DNA from: Spirochaetia bacterium
GTDB lineage: Bacteria; Spirochaetota; Spirochaetia; CAKZLE01
Direction of reading: 5' to 3'
Length of the DNA: 64,000 nucleotides
NCBI GenBank assembly: GCA_963677595.1
Contig: OY782041.1
Coordinates: forward strand, 3,040,001-3,104,000
Shown here: one piece after another, positions 60,930 through 64,000 of the stretch
Position numbering within the stretch: the stretch's first letter is position 1
Layout of the letters: each line of letters starts with the position of its first letter
Notes under the pieces: generated by a model
What the model saw: the letters and a program-made list of their open reading frames with translations, nothing else
Told to the model about the DNA's origin: nothing
Database searches by the model: none
Position numbers and translations under genes: made by a program

Positions 60930-61250
60930 ATGAAGATCGATGCATTGATGTTGGCAAAATTACGTATTGAGCAAGCGAACGCTGTCGGTGGGAAGGTTAG
61001 TATCAAGGCAGGAAATACCCTTCAAAGTATGATATTTCTCCTGCCGCGCTGCGGCCGGGTAAATCAGTACGTAGGAGTACTCTCGGATTTGGTGTTCTCG
61101 AACCCTGAATTCGAGTGTGATACAGAAGCCCTGCAGCAGGAGCTGAATAAGAGCTTTGATGTTCTGCAGGTCGCAACCGATATGATGGATAATGCGCTGA
61201 CGAAGATTGAGACCCTGGCTGAACGTTATTTCGATCCTGAGCTGTTATAA
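60930..61250 (+). CDS. Small helical hypothetical protein (array paralogue 3)
   Basis: AGGAG/AGGA RBS, 106 aa, followed by an array hairpin. Confidence 0.7.
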   Translation: MKIDALMLAKLRIEQANAVGGKVSIKAGNTLQSMIFLLPRCGRVNQYVGVLSDLVFSNPEFECDTEALQQELNKSFDVLQVATDMMDNALTKIETLAERYFDPELL

Positions 61251-62806
61251 ACGATACCTCTATGAGGTTATCGTGTCCCTTCGGGTTTATCCGGTGAGAA
61301 CACCGTAGGACAGTCCGGTATGGAATCCGGATGAACCCGTTCTTTAGCGAACTACCAGCTTTGTTAAAGCTGAAGGAAACAAAAGAAGGAGAAAGGAGGT
61401 TCGAGCTGCTTTTAACCCTTCCCGGCAGATAGATCGAAGCTGTATATGAATCAGTCATCCTGCCGGGAGAGCGGATCCGATATATTCTATATAAGATGGC
61501 CCCTAACACCAAAATCGGGCCATCGGGAACAGATCAGGGATCGGGTATCTCCTTCCTCGACTCCTGGTCACTTTCTCCGGGCTCGTCCCACCCACCTTTA
61601 GTAAGTCTACCTTGCACACACCATATCCGGGACGAGCCCGTTCTTATTTTTTCATATTCCAGCCTTGTCAAGGCTGTTGATCATAACGTCTATGTGTAAG
61701 AAGGAGGGCATTGACTCACCCGGTAGGAAATATAAAACACAACATAAATGCAAAAATAAAATCCAAAGCATGACAATCGAAACGGGTGAGTTCCTACTGT
61801 TCCTGATGATCACCATATGCTGTATCAACACTGCTGATATCATCAGGAGCGCTACCTTTGTTCAAGAGGTTGAGAGACCTCTTGGAACAACATGATTGTT
61901 CTATGCTTGGGCCCGCCCCTGTTACCCCCCCCCATTCAAGGTAACGAATTTCCTTTCACGCTGGGGCGGGCCCTTCTTCTTCCCTGTGAACAATGATCTT
62001 TGTCCGAAACCAGATTGCACACTGATTGCCTGCATTGGTGTTCCTGATTGTTGCGGTATGATGCCCATGATTGCTGCCCTATACCGGCAGATCCTTATCT
62101 CGGTGTACTATAACAATACAGGGTGTAAGGTTTTTCTCAAAAATAAATAAATGATAAATTAAAACACAGTGAATGCTTATATGAAAGATAGCATACTACA
62201 TAATTCGTGAGTAATGGGTTGATAAGTGACCAAAATTCCTGTACTATGCTTGCAAGATATTCAAGAAAGTGGTGTGGGACTAAAAGTATTGAATGCTCGC
62301 TCATATCGTGTATCTTGGTATCGCGTTTAAGGGCTGCTGTGATAGTTGGTGTATGTTGCAGCGATTAGACTGATATAAGGGTGGGGGTGTGCAGTCGGGC
62401 GTTTCTTCGAAGTGTAACTTTAAGCTCGTTCATGAGTTTAACTTTATAAGGCTAGGGGAGAATCCATGCTTGGTGTGATGCATAACATAGTCAGGTATAA
62501 TACTGGTGGCTTGTATATAGTAGGGAACGTGTTACAAAACTCAAGTAGAGAAGTGCCAGGTACTTCTGTTCTTGTGTAGCCACGTCATAGCCGCAGATAT
62601 CATACCCGATCCTTATCCGGCAACAGTTTAACTAGAACCCCCTTGAATGAAACACGAGATGTGTGTCGAGTAAGTTTCGGCGACCGGCATGCATAGTAGT
62701 GCCTCAACAAGTGGAGCAGTTGCCTGGTTTTTCATCAAAAATGGGGTTCTGCACTAGCGAAGCTTTGCGGTAATATGGGGTCTGCTGCTCTCGCTTAAGT
62801 AGTATG

Positions 62807-62815
62807 TGCTATAAT
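62807..62815 (+). promoter_or_regulatory. Extended -10 promoter element for the polysaccharide gene
   Basis: TGCTATAAT about 60 nt upstream of ATG 62876. Confidence 0.5.
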
Positions 62816-62875
62816 GTAGCAACACGGCTGCGAAGCGAGAATGAGTAATGCAACAAAAAGTGTAAAGGGTTAAGT

Positions 62876-64000
62876 ATGAAATTCAAGCTGAGAAGATTGC
62901 GTAAGTACCTGCTTCTTGTCCTTGCTGATATCATCCTGCTGCTTGCATCCTGGGAGCTGGCCTACTATATTCGCGACCAGCATCTCTGGAACATACACTC
63001 CGGAGCCCCGGCTCTCTGGGCAGTCCTTGTCTGTGTTGCCGTACAGATCGCGGCTTTCTCCTTCACTAAGTTATATAGAATATCCTTACGGCAGGTTTCC
63101 CTGGAACTCATCTACCAGGCGGGTATCCCACTGGTTATCGGGGCATTCTGCTCGTTAGTACTTATGACCACCAAGTCCGGTGACGGGTTCAATGCCCTCC
63201 AGCTGCTTATCCCGTACTGGGCCTTCAGTATCCTTACCATTATCGCCTACCGGGTCATCTTCCGGATCACCGGCGGTTATACCTTCCTTGATACCAACCA
63301 CATACATTGTCCAAGAACTCTTCTCTACGGCGCAGGCGAGGTTGCTGACCAGCTCATGCGTCTCTACCGCAAGGACATGCTCGAGTACAAGATCATGGGC
63401 CTCATCGATGATGACCGTAACAAGCATCACATGATGTTCCACGGCAAGGAAGTCTTCGGTGGTATCGAGGAACTCGCTGAGGCCATCATCAGGCATGACA
63501 TCAAGATGATCATCATCGCCTCGATCAAGATCGGCAAGGACAAGATCAACGAGATCGTCGACATCGCGCACCAGCACGATGTCGAGGTGAAGATCGTCCC
63601 TTCGCTCTTCGAGATCACTGAGGACAAGCGTTCGGTAGCTGACATTCGGGACGTCAATATCGACGATCTTCTCGGACGTGACCAGGTAGAGGTCGACAAG
63701 GCCCCGATCATCGAGATGATCGAGGGTAAGACGGTGATGATCACAGGTGCCGGCGGCTCGATCGGCTCGGAGCTTGCCAAGCAGGCTACCGGGTTCAACC
63801 CCGAAAAGCTCATCATCCTTGATATCGACGAGACCGAGATCCATAACCTGTCATTGTCCTTGAACAACTATTCCACGGGCTTCAGCAATGATATCATTCC
63901 GGTCGTTTGTGATGTCCGGGACAAAGATAAACTCGATTCCATTATAGAGAAGTATAAACCGCAGATCATCTACCATGCTGCAGCCTACAAGCATGTTCCC
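62876..64000 (+). CDS. CapD/WbpM/PglF-type membrane-anchored NDP-sugar 4,6-dehydratase (partial; absent from the ORF track because it has no stop in the window)
   Basis: MKFKLRRLRKYLLLVLAD..., N-terminal transmembrane helices, LYGAGE, IDDD, IDDLLGR, ITGAGGSIGSEL, HAAAYKHVP. Confidence 0.95.
   Translation, partial: MKFKLRRLRKYLLLVLADIILLLASWELAYYIRDQHLWNIHSGAPALWAVLVCVAVQIAAFSFTKLYRISLRQVSLELIYQAGIPLVIGAFCSLVLMTTKSGDGFNALQLLIPYWAFSILTIIAYRVIFRITGGYTFLDTNHIHCPRTLLYGAGEVADQLMRLYRKDMLEYKIMGLIDDDRNKHHMMFHGKEVFGGIEELAEAIIRHDIKMIIIASIKIGKDKINEIVDIAHQHDVEVKIVPSLFEITEDKRSVADIRDVNIDDLLGRDQVEVDKAPIIEMIEGKTVMITGAGGSIGSELAKQATGFNPEKLIILDIDETEIHNLSLSLNNYSTGFSNDIIPVVCDVRDKDKLDSIIEKYKPQIIYHAAAYKHVP

Larger units (their letters stand above)
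57859..61985 (+). repeat. Array of about 14 long-loop GC hairpins with pyrimidine tails (candidate structured ncRNA array)
   Basis: Stems at 57919-57981, 58135-58187, 58373-58430, 58616-58670, 58980-59040, 59186-59240, 59450-59508, 60009-60063, 60545-60616, 60764-60824, 61282-61339, 61578-61640, 61713-61792, 61909-61973. Confidence 0.85.

Noticed and set aside
57919-61973. Integron attC cassette array
   Set aside because: GTT often follows the stem, but it is followed by pyrimidines and not RRRY. The complementary AAC is present in only one copy (60545), no extrahelical bases are evident, and no integrase is in the window.
57859-61985. CRISPR array interpretation of the hairpin array
   Set aside because: No near-identical direct repeats with 60-75 nt periodicity, the variable segment lies inside the stem, and no cas genes are in the window
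62150-62870. Riboswitch, tRNA or ops/JUMPstart element upstream of the polysaccharide gene
   Set aside because: No recognisable consensus by eye; an Rfam scan would be needed to exclude it fully
63155-63867. Minus-strand ORFs of 229 and 146 aa
   Set aside because: Antisense shadows of the CapD/PglF-type gene on the + strand

Overview
Bacterial chromosomal segment, probably from a Sphaerochaeta-like spirochaete (inferred from the 'AGG[AT]QE / AAGQQE' solute-binding-protein leaders). About 1.8-53.5 kb is a mosaic of carbohydrate-scavenging loci: three sugar ABC transporters, LacI/GntR/ROK/DeoR and two-component regulators, GH4, a GH127-like hydrolase, three sulfatases, nagA, two nagB paralogues, gnd, PPi-PFK, a LarA-like epimerase, and two unusual enzyme fusions. 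An intact ISAzo13-family element (19749-21045, TTA target duplication) splits a sugar-phosphate isomerase gene. The left end has an MqsRA-like toxin-antitoxin pair. The right end has a DUF285/BspA-type repeat lipoprotein flanked by diverged direct repeats, a frameshifted racemase-fold gene, and the start of a CapD/PglF-type polysaccharide gene. The most unusual feature is 57.85-62.0 kb, a mostly non-coding array of about 14 co-oriented hairpins. Each has a related GC-rich 10-16 bp stem, a pyrimidine-rich 3' tail and a long variable loop (mostly 29-43 nt). Stem deviations are G-U wobbles on the + strand. The array is interleaved with six copies of a 17-nt hairpin and three divergent paralogous ~110-aa helical proteins. 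All calls come from reading the sequence by eye; no database searches or folding programs were run.
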